Positions 30,901 through 42,900 of a stretch of DNA of 64,000 nucleotides are shown piece by piece (the first letter of the stretch is position 1; each line of letters opens with the position of its first letter). The position numbers and the translations under genes are program-made. Origin of the DNA: the human T2T-CHM13v2.0 reference genome, Homo sapiens. The stretch is taken from assembly GCF_009914755.1 (NCBI RefSeq), contig NC_060933.1; one strand, 5' to 3'. The notes beneath the pieces were generated by a model that did no database searches, was not told the DNA's origin, and worked only from the letters and a program-made list of their open reading frames with translations.

Positions 30901-31200
30901 CCCGAATAGAATGGAATGGAATGGAATGGAACGGAACGGAATGGAATGGAATGGAATGGAATGGAATGGAACGGAACGGATCGGAATGGAATGGAATGGA
31001 ATGGAATGGAATGGAATGGAATGGAATGGAATGGAATGGAATCAAAGCGAGTGCAGGGGAATGGAATGGAATGGAATGCAATGGAATGGAATCTTCCGGA
31101 ATGGAATGGAATGGAATGGATTAGAATGGAATAGAATGGAATGGAATGGAATCAACCCGAGTACAAGGGAATGGAATGGAATGGAATGCAATGGAATGGA
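25000..31200 (+). repeat. Degenerate duplication with about 3.2-3.4 kb offset
   Basis: CAACTAGAA at 25562 and 28806; ACTCGATTTCAA at 26991 and 30226; CAACCCAAGTG at 27104 and 30339; ACGGATCGG at 27611 and 30976. Boundaries approximate. Confidence 0.65.
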
Positions 31201-34140
31201 ATCATCCGTAATGGAATGGAAAGGAATGGAAAGGAATGGAATGGAATGGAATGGAATGCAATGGAATGGAATCAACCCGAGTGCAATCGAATGGAATCGA
31301 ATGGAATGGAATGCAATGGAATGGAATCAACTCGATTGCAATCGAATGGAATGGAATGGAATTAACCCGAATAGAATGGAATGGAATGGAATGGAAAGGA
31401 ACGGAATGGAATGGAATGGAATGGAATGGAATGGAATGGAATGGAACGGAACGGAATGGAATGGAATGGAATGGAATGGAATCAACGCGAGTGCAGGGGA
31501 ATGGAATGGAATGGAATGCAATGGAATGGAATCTTCCGGAATGGAATGGAATGGAATGGAATGAAATGCAATGGATTCAACTCGATTGCAATGGAATGGA
31601 ATAGAATGGAATGGAATGGAATGGAATGGAATGAACCCGAATAGAATGGAATGGAATGCAATGGAACAGAATGGAACGGAATGGAATGGAATGGAATGGA
31701 ATGGAATGGAATGGAATGGAATGGTATGGAATGGAATGGAATGGTACGGAATAGAATGGAATGTAACGAATTGTAATGGAATGGAATGGAATGGAATCAA
31801 CGCGAGTGCAGGGGAATGTAATGGAACGGAATGCAATGGAATGGATTCATCCGGAAAGGAATGGAATGGAATGGAATGGAATGGAATGGAATGGAATCAA
31901 CCCGAGTGCAATGGAATGGAGTGGAATGGAATGGAACAACCCGAAAGGAATGGAATGTAATGGAATGTAAGGGAGTTGAATAGAATCAATCCGAATGTAA
32001 TGGAATGGAATGCAACGGAATGGAATGGAATGGAATGCAATGGAATGCAATCAACCCGAGTACAATGGAATGGAATGGAATGGAATGGAATGGAATGGAA
32101 TGGAATGCCTTCAAACCGAATGGAATGGAAAGGAATGGAATCAACACGAGTGGAATGGAATGGAATGGAATGGAATGGAATGGAATGGAATGATACAGAA
32201 TCGAATGGAATGGAATGAAATGGAATGGAATGGAATGGAATGGAATGGAATGGAATGGAATGGAATGGAATGGAATGGAATCATTCCGAGTGGAATAGGA
32301 GGGAATGTATTCGAGTGGAATGGAAAGGAATGGAATCAACCAGAGTGGAATGGAAGGGAATGGAATGGAATGGAAACTAATAGAATGGAATCAACCCGAG
32401 TGGAATGGAATGGAATGGAATGGAATGGAACGGAACGGAATGGAATGGAATGGAATGGAATAGAACGGAACGGATCGGAATGGAATGGAATGGAATGGAA
32501 TGGAATGGAATGGAATGGAATCAACGCGAGTGCAGGGGAATGGAATGGAATGGAATGCAATGGAATGGAATCTTCCGGAATGGAATGGAATGGAATGGAT
32601 TAGAATGGAATAGAATGGAATGGAATGGAATCAACCCGAGTACAAGGGAATGGAATGGAATGGAATGCAATGGAATGGAATCATCTGTAATGGAATGGAA
32701 TGGAACGGAATGGAATTGAATGGAATGGAATGGAATGCAATGGAATGGAATCAACCCGAGTGCAATGGACTGGAGAGGAATGGAATGGAATGGAGTGGAA
32801 ACTACCCGAATGGAATGGAATGCAATGGAATGGAATCAACCCGAGTGCAATGGAATGGAGAGAAATGGAATGGAATGGAGTGGAAACTACCCGAATGGAA
32901 TGGAATGTAATGGAGTGTAAGGGAATTGAATAGAATCAATCCGAATGTAATGGAAAGGAATGGAATGGAATGGAATGGAATGGAATGGAATGCAATGGAA
33001 TGGAATCAACCCGAGTGCAATCGAATGGAATCGAATGGAATGGAATGCAATGGAATGGAATCAACTCGATTGCAATCGAATGGAATGGAATGGAATTAAC
33101 CCGAATAGAATGGAATGGAATGGAATGGAAAGGAACGGAATGGAATGGAATGGAATGGAATGGAATGGAATGGAATGGAACGGAACGGAATGGAATGGAA
33201 TGGAATGGAATGGAATCAACGCGAGTGCAGGGGAATGGAATGGAATGGAATGCAATGGAATGGAATCTTCCGGAATGGAATGGAATGGAATGGAATGAAA
33301 TGCAATGGATTCAACTCGATTGCAATGGAATGGAATAGAATGGAATGGAATGGAATGGAATGGAATGAACCCGAATAGAATGGAATGGAATGCAATGGAA
33401 CAGAATGGAACGGAATGGAATGGAATGGAATGGAATGGAATGGAATGGAATGGTATGGAATGGAATGGAATGGTACGGAATAGAATGGAAAGTAAAGAAT
33501 TGTAATGGAATGGAATTGAATGGAATGGAATGGAATCAACGCGAGTGCAGGGGAATGAAATGGAACGGAATGCAATGGAATGGAATCATCCGGAATGGAA
33601 TGGAATGGAATGGAATGGAATGGAATGGAATGGAATCAACCCGAGTGCAGTGGAATGGAGTGGAATGGAATAGAATGGAATGGAACAACCCGAAAGGAAT
33701 GGAATGTAATGGAATGTAAGGGAATTGAATAGAATCAATCCGAATGTAATGGAATGGAATGCAACGGAATGGAATGGAATGGAATGCAATGGAATGCAAT
33801 CAACCCGAGTACAATGGAATGGAATGGAATGGAATGGAATGGAATGGAATGCCTTCAAACCGAATGGAATGGAAAGGAATGGAATCAACACGAGTGGAAT
33901 GGAATGGAATGGAATGGAATGGAATGGAATGGAATGACACAGAATAGAATGGAATGGAACGAAATGGAATGGAATGGAATGGAATGGAATGGAATGGAAT
34001 GGAATGGAATGGAATCGTTCCGAGTGGAATAGGAGGGAATGTATTCGAGTGGAATGGAAAGGAATGGAATCAACCAGAGTGGAATGGAAGGGAATGGAAT
34101 GGAATGGAAACTAATAGAATGGAATCAACCCGAGTGGAAT
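30960..34140 (+). repeat. Tandem duplication; offset 1479 bp, then about 1734 bp after a ~255-bp extra segment in copy 2
   Basis: GTACAAGGGA at 31161 and 32640; GGATTAGAATGGAATAG at 31118 and 32597; downstream words offset by 1734 (AATAGGAGG at 32294 and 34028). Confidence 0.75.
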
Positions 34141-34185
34141 GGAATGGAAAGGACTGGAATGGAATGGAATGGAATGGAATCAACT

Positions 34186-34856
34186 CGATTGTAATGGAAT
34201 GGAATGGAATGGAATGGAATGGAATGGAATGGAATTAACCCGAATACAATGGAATGGAATGGAATGGAACGGAATGGAGTGAAATGGAATGGAATCAACC
34301 CGAGTGCAGGGGAATGGAATGGAATGGAATGCAATGGAATGGAATCATCCGGAATGGAATGGAATGGAATGGAATGCAAAGCAATGGAATCAACTCGATT
34401 GCAATGGAATGGAATGGAATGGAAAGGAATACATTGGAATCAACCCGAGTGGAAAGGAATGGAAAGGACTGGAATGGAGTGGAATGGAATGGAATGGAAT
34501 GGAATGGAATGGAATCAACTCGATTGGAATGGAATGGAATGGAATGGAATGGTATGGAATGGAATGGAATTAACCCGAATACAATGGAATGGAATGGAAT
34601 GGAACGGAATGGAGTGGAATGGAATGGAATCAACCCGAGTGCAGGGGAATGGAATGGAATGGAATGCAATGGAATGGAATCATCCGGAATGGAATGGAAT
34701 GGAATGGAATGCAAAGCAATGGAATCAACTCGATTGCAATGGAATGGAATGGAATGGAAAGGAATACATTGGAATCAACCCGAGTGGAAAGGAATGGAAA
34801 GGACTGGAATGGAGTGGAATGGAATGGAATGGAATGGAATGGAATCAACTCGATTG
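34186..34856 (+). repeat. Local tandem duplication, 335-bp unit x2
   Basis: TTAACCCGAATACAAT at 34235 and 34570; variant CAACCCGAGTGGAAAGGAATGGAAAGGACT at 34441 and 34776. Confidence 0.85.
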
Positions 34857-35549
34857 GAATGGAATGTAATGGAATGGAATGGAATGGAATGGAATGGAAT
34901 GGAATTAACCCGAATAGAATGGAATCGAATGGAATGGAACGGAACGGAACAGAATGGAATGGAATGGAATGGAATGGAATGGAATTAACCCGAATAGAAT
35001 GGAATGGAATGGAATGGAACGGAACGGAACGGAATGGAATGGAATGGAATGGAATAGAATGGAATGGAATGGAATCAACCCGACTGCAGGGGAATTGAAT
35101 GGAATGGAATGCAATGGAATGGATTCAACTTGAATGGAATGGAAAGAATGGAATCAACACGAGTGGAATGGCATGGATTGGAATGGAATGGAGTGGAATG
35201 ACCCCGAGTACAGGGGAATGGAATGGAATGGAATGCAATGGAATGGAATCATCCGTAATGGAATGGAAAGGAATGGAATGGAATGGAATGGAATGGAATG
35301 GAATGGAATGGAATGGAATCAACTCGATTGCAATCGAATGGAATGGAATGGAATTAACCCGAATAGAATTCAATGGAATGGAATGGAACGGAACGGAACG
35401 GAATCGAATGGAATGGAATGGAATGGAATGGAATGCAACGGAAAGGAATGGAATGCAATGGAATGGAATGGAATGGAATGGAATGGAATGGAATGGAATG
35501 GAATCAACGCGAGTGCAGGGGAATGGAATGGAATGGAATGCAATGGAAT

Positions 35550-35564
35550 GGAATCTTCCGGAAT
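35550..35564 (+). promoter_or_regulatory. Perfect HSE match closest to the junction on the left
   Basis: GGAATCTTCCGGAAT, about 210 bp before the strand switch. Motif match only. Confidence 0.5.
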
Positions 35565-35759
35565 GGAATGGAATGGAATGGAATGGAATGGAATCAACCC
35601 GAGTGCAATGGAATGGAGTGGAATGGAATGGAATGGAATGGAACAACCTGAATGGAATCGAATGTAATGGAGAATAAGGGAGTTGAATAGAATCAATCCG
35701 AATGTAATGGAATGGAATGGAACGGAATGGAATGGAATGGAATGGAATGGAAAGAAGGG

Positions 35760-35787
35760 AATGGAATCAACCCGAGTTGATTCCATT
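35760..35787. other. Strand-switch (inversion) junction; 12-bp perfect inverted repeat with 4-nt centre
   Basis: AATGGAATCAAC (35760-35771), CCGA, GTTGATTCCATT (35776-35787). CGAGT at 35773-35777 can be read as the end of the left word CAACCCGAGT or as part of the right word AATCGAGTTGATTCC. Confidence 0.95.
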
Positions 35788-36977
35788 GCTTTGCATTCCG
35801 TTCCATTCCATTCCTTTTGTTTGTATTCGGGTTAGTTCCATTGCATTCCATTCCATTCCTTTCCATTCCATTCCATTCCATTACAATGGAGTTGATTCCA
35901 TTCCATTCCATTCCATTCCATTCCATTCCAGTCCTTTCCATTCCATTCCACTCGGGTTCATTCCATTGTATTAGTTTCCATTCCATTCCATTCCCTTCCA
36001 TTGCACTCTGGTTGATTCCATTCCTTTCCATTTCACTCGAATACATTCCCTCCTATTCCACTCGGAACGATTCCATTCCATTCCATTCCATTCCAATCCA
36101 TTCCATTCCATTCCATTCCATTCCATTTCGTTCCATTCCATTCTATTCCGTACCATTCCATTCCATTCCATTCCATTGCATTCCATTCCATTCCACTCGT
36201 GTTGATTCCATTCCTTTCCATTCCATTCGGTTTGAAGCCATTCCATCCCATTCAATTCCATTCCATTCCTTTCCATTCCATTTCGGATGATGCCATTCCG
36301 TTGCTTTCCATTCCATTCCATTCCCCTGTAATCAGGTTTATTCCATTCCATTCCATTGCAATCCATGCCATTCCACTTGTGTTGATTCCATTCTTTCCAT
36401 TCCATTCAAGTTGAATCCATTCCATTGCATTCCATTCCATTCGATTCCATTCGATTGCACTCGGGTTGATTCCATTCCATTCCATTCCATTCCATTCCAT
36501 TCCATTCCGTTCCATTCCATTCCATTACATTCGGATTGATTCTTTTTAACTCCCTTACTCTCCATTACATTCCATTCCATTCGGGTTCTTCCATTCCATT
36601 CCATTCCATTCCACTCCATTCCATTGCACTCGGGTTGATTCCATTCCATTGCATTCCATTCCATTCCATTCCATTCCATTCCATTCCGGATGATTCCATT
36701 CCATTGCATTCCGCTCTATTACATTCCCCTGCAATCGGGTTGATTCCATTCCATTCCATTCCATTCCATTCGATTCCATTCCATTCCAATTCGTTCCATT
36801 CCATTCTATTCCGTACCATTCCATTCCATTCCATAGCATTCCATTCCATTCCATTCCATTCCATTCCTTTCCATTCCGTTCTATTCCGTTCCATTCCATT
36901 CCATTCCGTTCCATTCTATTAGGGTTAATTCCATTCCATTCCATTCCATTCCATTCTATTCCATTCCATTCCATTCC

Positions 36978-36992
36978 ATTCCGGAAGATTCC
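36978..36992 (-). promoter_or_regulatory. Perfect HSE match closest to the junction on the right (first of about 22 right-arm copies)
   Basis: ATTCCGGAAGATTCC is the reverse complement of GGAATCTTCCGGAAT. Motif match only. Confidence 0.5.
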
Positions 36993-39900
36993 ATTCCATT
37001 GCATTCCATTCCATTCCATTCCATTCCATTCCCCTGCACTCGCGTTGATTCATTTCCATTCCATTCCATTCCATGCCATTCCATTCCGTTCCGTTCCGTT
37101 CCATTCCATTCCATTCCATTCCATTCCGTTCCGTTCCATTCCATTCCATTCCATTCTATTCGGGTTAATTCCATTCCATTCCATTCGATTGCAATCGAGT
37201 TCATTCCATTCCATTCCATTCCATTCCTTTCCATTCCATTACTGATGATTCCATTCCATTGCATTCCATTCCATTCCATTCTCCTGTACTCGGGTTGATT
37301 CCATTCCATTCCATTCCATTCCATGCGATTCCACTCGTGTTGATTCCATTCTTTCCATTCCATTCAAGTTGAATCCATTCCATTGCATTCCATTCCATTC
37401 GATTCCATTCGATTGCACTCGGGTTGATTCCATTACATTGCATTCCATTCCATTCCATTCCATTCCATTCCATTGTACTCGGGTTGATTCCATTCCATTG
37501 CATTCCATTCCATTCCATTCCGTTCCATTCCATTCCATTACATTCGGGTTGATTCTATTCAACTCCCTTACTCTCCATTACATTCCATTCCATTCGTGCT
37601 GTTCCATTCCATTCCATTCCATTCCACTCCATTGCATTGCACTCGGGTTGATTCCATTCCATTCCATTCCATTCCATTCCATTCCGGATGATTCCATTCC
37701 ATTGCATTCCGTTCCATTACATTCGCCTGCAATCGGGTTGATTCCATTCCATTCCATTCCATTCCATATCATTCCATTCGATTCCATTCCATTCCAATTC
37801 TTTCCATTCCATTCTATTCCGTACCATTCCATTCCATTCCATACAATTCCATTCCATTCCATTCCATTCCACTCCATTCCATTCCGTTCCGTTCCGTTCC
37901 GTTCCGTTCCATTCCATTCCATTCCATTCTATTCGGGTTAATTCCATTCAATTCCATTCCATTCTATTCCACTCCATTGCAATCGAGTTGAATCCATTGC
38001 ATTCCATTCCATTCCATTCCAATCCATTCTGGAAGATTCCATTCCATTGCATTCCATTCCATTCCATTCCCCTGCACTCGCGTTGAATCCATTCCATTCC
38101 ATTCCATTCCATTCCATTCCATTCCTTTCCGTTCCATTGCATTCCATTCCATTCCATTCCCTTCCATTCCGTTCTGTTCCATTCCATTCCATTCCATTCT
38201 ATTGGGGTTAATTCCATTCCATTCCATTCGATTACAATCGAGTTGATTCCATTCCATTCCATTCCATTCCATTCCATTCCATTCCATTCCATTCCATTCC
38301 TTTGCATTCCATTACGGATGATTCCATTCCATTGCATTCCATTCCATTCCATTCCCCTGTACTCGGGTTGACTCCATTCCATTCCATTCCAATCCATGCC
38401 ATTCCACTCGTGTTGATTCCATTCTTTCCATTCAATTCAAGTTGAATCCATTCCATTGCATTCCATTCCATTCGATTCCATTCGATTTCACTCGGGTTTA
38501 TTCCATTCCATTGCATTCCATTCCATTCCATTCCATTCCATTCCGTTCCATTCCATTTCATTACATTCAGATTGATTCTATTCAATTCCCTTACACTCCA
38601 TTATATTCCAATCCATTCTGGTTGTTTCCATTCCATTCCATTCCATTTCATTCGTGTTGATTCCATTCCTTTCCATTCCATTCGGTTTGAAGCCATTCCA
38701 TTCCATTCAATTCCACTCCATTCCATTCCATTCCATTCCATTCCATTCCATTCCATTGTACTCGGGTTGATTCCATTCCATTGCATTCCATTCCATTCAA
38801 TTCCATTCCGTTCCATTCCATTCCATTACATTCGGATTGATTCTATTCAACTCCCTTACTCTCCATTACATTCCATTCCATTCGGGTTGTTCCATTCCAT
38901 TCCATTCCATTCCACTCCATTCCATTGCACTCGGGTTGATTCCATTCCATTCCATTCCATTCCATTCCGGATGATTCCATTCCATTGCATTCCGTTCCAT
39001 TACATTCCCCTGCACTCGCGTTGATTCCATTCCATTCCATTCCATTCCATACCATTCCATTCCATTCCATTCCATTCCATTCCATTCCATTCCATTACTT
39101 TCCATTCCATTCCATTCCATTCCGTTCCGTTCCGTTCCATTCTATTCCATTCCATTCTATTCGGGTTAATTCCATTCCATTCCATTCCACTCCATTCCAG
39201 TCCTTTCCACTCCATTCCACTCGGGTTGATTCCATTCTATTCCTTTTAATTCCATTCCATTCCATTGCAATCGAGTGGATTCCATTCGAGTTGAATCCAT
39301 TCCATTCCATTCCATTCCATTCCATTGCACACGGTTTCATTCCATTCCATTCCATTCCATTCCATTCCATTCCATTCCATTCCATTCCATTCCATTCTAT
39401 TCCATTTCATTCCATTCCATTCTATTCCGTACCATTCCATTCCATCCCATTCCATTCCGTTCCATTCCATGCCATTCCACTCGGGTTTATTCCATTCCTT
39501 TCCATTCCATTCTTGTTGAATCCATTCCATTCCATTCCATTCCATTCCATTCGAATCCATTCCATTGCACTCGGGTTGATTCCATTCCATTCCATTCCAT
39601 TCCATTTCATTCCATTCCATTCCATTACATTCGGATTGATTCTATTCAATTCCCTTACACTCCATTACATTCCATTCCATTCGGGATGTTTCCATTCCAT
39701 TCCATTCCATTCCACTCCATTCCATTGCATCAGGTTGATTGCATTCCATTCCTTTCCATTCCATTCCGGATGATTCCATTCCATTGCATTCCATTCCATT
39801 CCATTCCCCAGCACTCGAATTGATTCCATTCCATTCCATTCCATTCCATTCCATTCCATTCCATTCCGTTCCATTCCATTCCATTCCATTCTATTCCGGT

Positions 39901-42900
39901 TAATTCCATTCCATTCCATTCGATTCCATTCCATTCCATTGCAATCGAGTTGATTCCATTCCATTCCATTCCATTCCGTTCCGGATGATTCCATTCCATT
40001 CCATTCCATTCCATTCCATTCCATTCCCCTGCAGTCGGGTTGATTCCATTCCATTCCATTCCATTCCATTCCATTCCATTGCCTTCCATTCCGTTCAATT
40101 ACATTCCATTCCATTCTATTCGGGTTAATTCCATTCCGTTCCATTCCATTCCATTCCATTCGGATTGATTCTATTCAACTCCCTTACTCTCCATTAGATT
40201 CCATTCCATTCGGGTTGTTCCATTCCATTCCATTCCATTCCACTCCATTCCTTTGGACTCGGGTTGATTCCATTCCATTCCATTCCATTCCATTCCATTC
40301 CATTCCGGAAGATTGCATTCCATTGCATTCCATTCCATTCCATTCCCCTGCACTCGCGTTGATTCCATTCTATTCCATTCTATTCCATTCCATTCCCTTC
40401 CTTTCCGTTCCATTCCATTCCATTCCATTCCATTCCGTTCCGTTCCGTTCCCCTGCAGTCGGGTTGATTCCATTCCATTCCATTCCATTCCATTCCATTC
40501 CTTTCCATTCCATTACGGATGATTCCATTCCATTGCATTCCATTCCATTCCATTCCCCTGTACTCGGGTTGATTCCATTCCATTCCATTCCAATCCATGC
40601 CCTTCCACTCGTGTTGATTCCATTCTTTCCATTCCATTCTAGTTGAATCCATTCCGTTGCATTCCATTCCATTCGATTCCATTCGATTGCACTCGGGTTG
40701 ATTCCATTCCATTGCATTCCATTCCATTCCATTCAATTCAATTCCGTTCCATTCCATTCCATTACATTCGGATTGATTCTATTCAACTCCCTTACTCTCC
40801 ATTACATTCCATTCCATTCGGGTTGTTCCATTCCATTCCATTCCATTCCACTCCATTCCATTGCACTCGGGTTGATTCCATTACATTCCATTCCATTCCG
40901 GAAGATTCCATTCCATTGCATTCCATTACATTCCATTCCCCTGCACTCGCGTTGATTCCATTCCATTCCATTCCATTCCATTCCATTCCATTCCGTTCCG
41001 TTCCATTCCATTCCATTCCATTCTATTCGGGTTAATTCCATTCCATTCCATTCGATTGCCATCGAGTTGATTCCATTCCATTCCATTCCATTCCATTCCA
41101 TTCCATTCCATTCTATTCCATTCCATTGCAATCGAGTTGAATCCATTGCCTTTCATTCCATTCCATTCCATTCCATTCCATTCTGGAAGATTCCATTCCA
41201 TTCCATTCCATTCCATTCCATTCCCCTGCACTCGCGTTGATTCCATTCCATTCCATTCCATTCCATTCCGTTCCGTTCCATTCCATTCCATTCCATTCCA
41301 TTCCATTCCGTTCCGTTCAATTCCATTCCATTCCATTCTATTCGGGTTAATTGCATTCCATTCCATTCGATTGCCATCGAGTTGATTCCATTCCATTCCA
41401 TTCCATTCCATTCCATTCCATTCCATTCCATTCCATTGCAATGGAGTTGATTCCATTCCATTCCATTCCATTCCGGATGATTCCATTCCATTGCATTCCA
41501 TTCCATTCCATTCCCCTGCACTCGTGTTGATTCCATTCCCTTCCATTCCATTCCATTCCGTTCCATTCCATTCCATTCCATTCTATTCCGGTTTATTCCA
41601 TTCCATTCCATTCCATTCCATTCCATTCCATTGCAATCGAGTTGATTCCATTCCATTCCTTTCCACTCCATTGCATTGCCTTGCATTCCACTCGGGTTGA
41701 TTCCATTCCCTTCTTTCCACTCCATTACATTCCCTTCCATTCCACTCGGAATGATTGATTCCATTCCATTCCATTCCATTTCATTCCATTGCAATCCATT
41801 CCTATCCATTCCATTCCATTCCATTCCACTCGAGTTGACTTCATTCCATTCCTTTCCATTCCATTCCATTCCTTTCCACTCGAGTTGATTCCATTCCATT
41901 CCAATCCATTGCAATCCATTCCATGCCAATCCACTCGGGTTGATTCCATTCCTTTGCATTCCATTCCATTCCATTCCATTGCATTCCATTCCATTCCATT
42001 CCGTTGCATTCCATTCCATTACATTCGGATTGATTCTATTCAACTCCCTTACCCTCTATTACATTCCATTCCATTCGGGTTGTTCCATTCCATTCCATTC
42101 CATTCCACTCCATTCCATTGCACTCGGGTTGATTCCATTCCATTCCATTCCATTCCATTCCATTCCGTATGACTCCATTCCATTGCATTCCGACCCATTA
42201 CATTCCCCTGCACTCGGGTTGATACCATTCCATTCCATTCCATTCCATTCCATTCCATTCCATTCCGGATGATTCCATTCCATTGCATTCCGTTCCATTC
42301 CATTCCCCTGCACTCGGGTTGATTACATTCCATTTCTTTCCCTTCCATTCCTTTCCATTCCATTCCATTCCATTCTATTCGGGTGAATTCCATTCCATTC
42401 CATTCCATTCCATTCCATTCCATTCCATTAAATTCCATTGCAATCGAGTTGATTCCATTCCATTCCATTCCATTCCGTTCCGGATGATTCCATTCCATTC
42501 CATTCCATTCCATTCCATTCCATTCCATTCCCCTGCACTCGGGTTGATTCCATTCCATTCCATTCCATTCCATTCCATTCCATTACATTCCATTCCATTC
42601 CATTCCATTCCATTACATTCCATTCCATTCCTTTCCATTCCATTACGAATGACTCCATTCCATTGAATTCCATTCCATTCCATTCCCCTGTCCTCGGGTT
42701 GATTCCATTCCATTCCATTCCACTCCATTCGGTTCCGTTGCATTCCATTCTATTGCATTCCATTCTATTCGGGTTAATTCCATTCCATTCTATTCCATTC
42801 AATTCCATTCCATTCCATTGCAATGGAGTTGATTCCATTCCATTCCATTCCATTCCGGATGATTCCATTCCATTGCATTCCATTCCATTCCATTCCCCTG

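Larger units (their letters stand above)
1..35777 (+). repeat. Satellite III (HSat3) array, left arm, G-rich (GGAAT)n strand on +
   Basis: Continuous GGAAT pentamer runs interrupted every few tens of bp by words such as ATCAACCCGAGT, ATCAACTCGATTGC, ATTAACCCGAATAG and ATCATCCG. (ATTCC)n plus ACTCGGGTTG is the classical Satellite III signature. The array runs off the left edge. Confidence 0.97.

Noticed and set aside
35740-35830. Transposon insertion or terminal inverted repeats at the strand switch
   Set aside because: There is no non-satellite sequence, target-site duplication or poly(A). The inverted repeat is fully explained by two satellite words meeting.
35693-36046. ORFs crossing the junction with chimeric MEWNG-to-IPFHS peptides
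   Set aside because: These only reflect the strand switch. There is no evidence of coding function.
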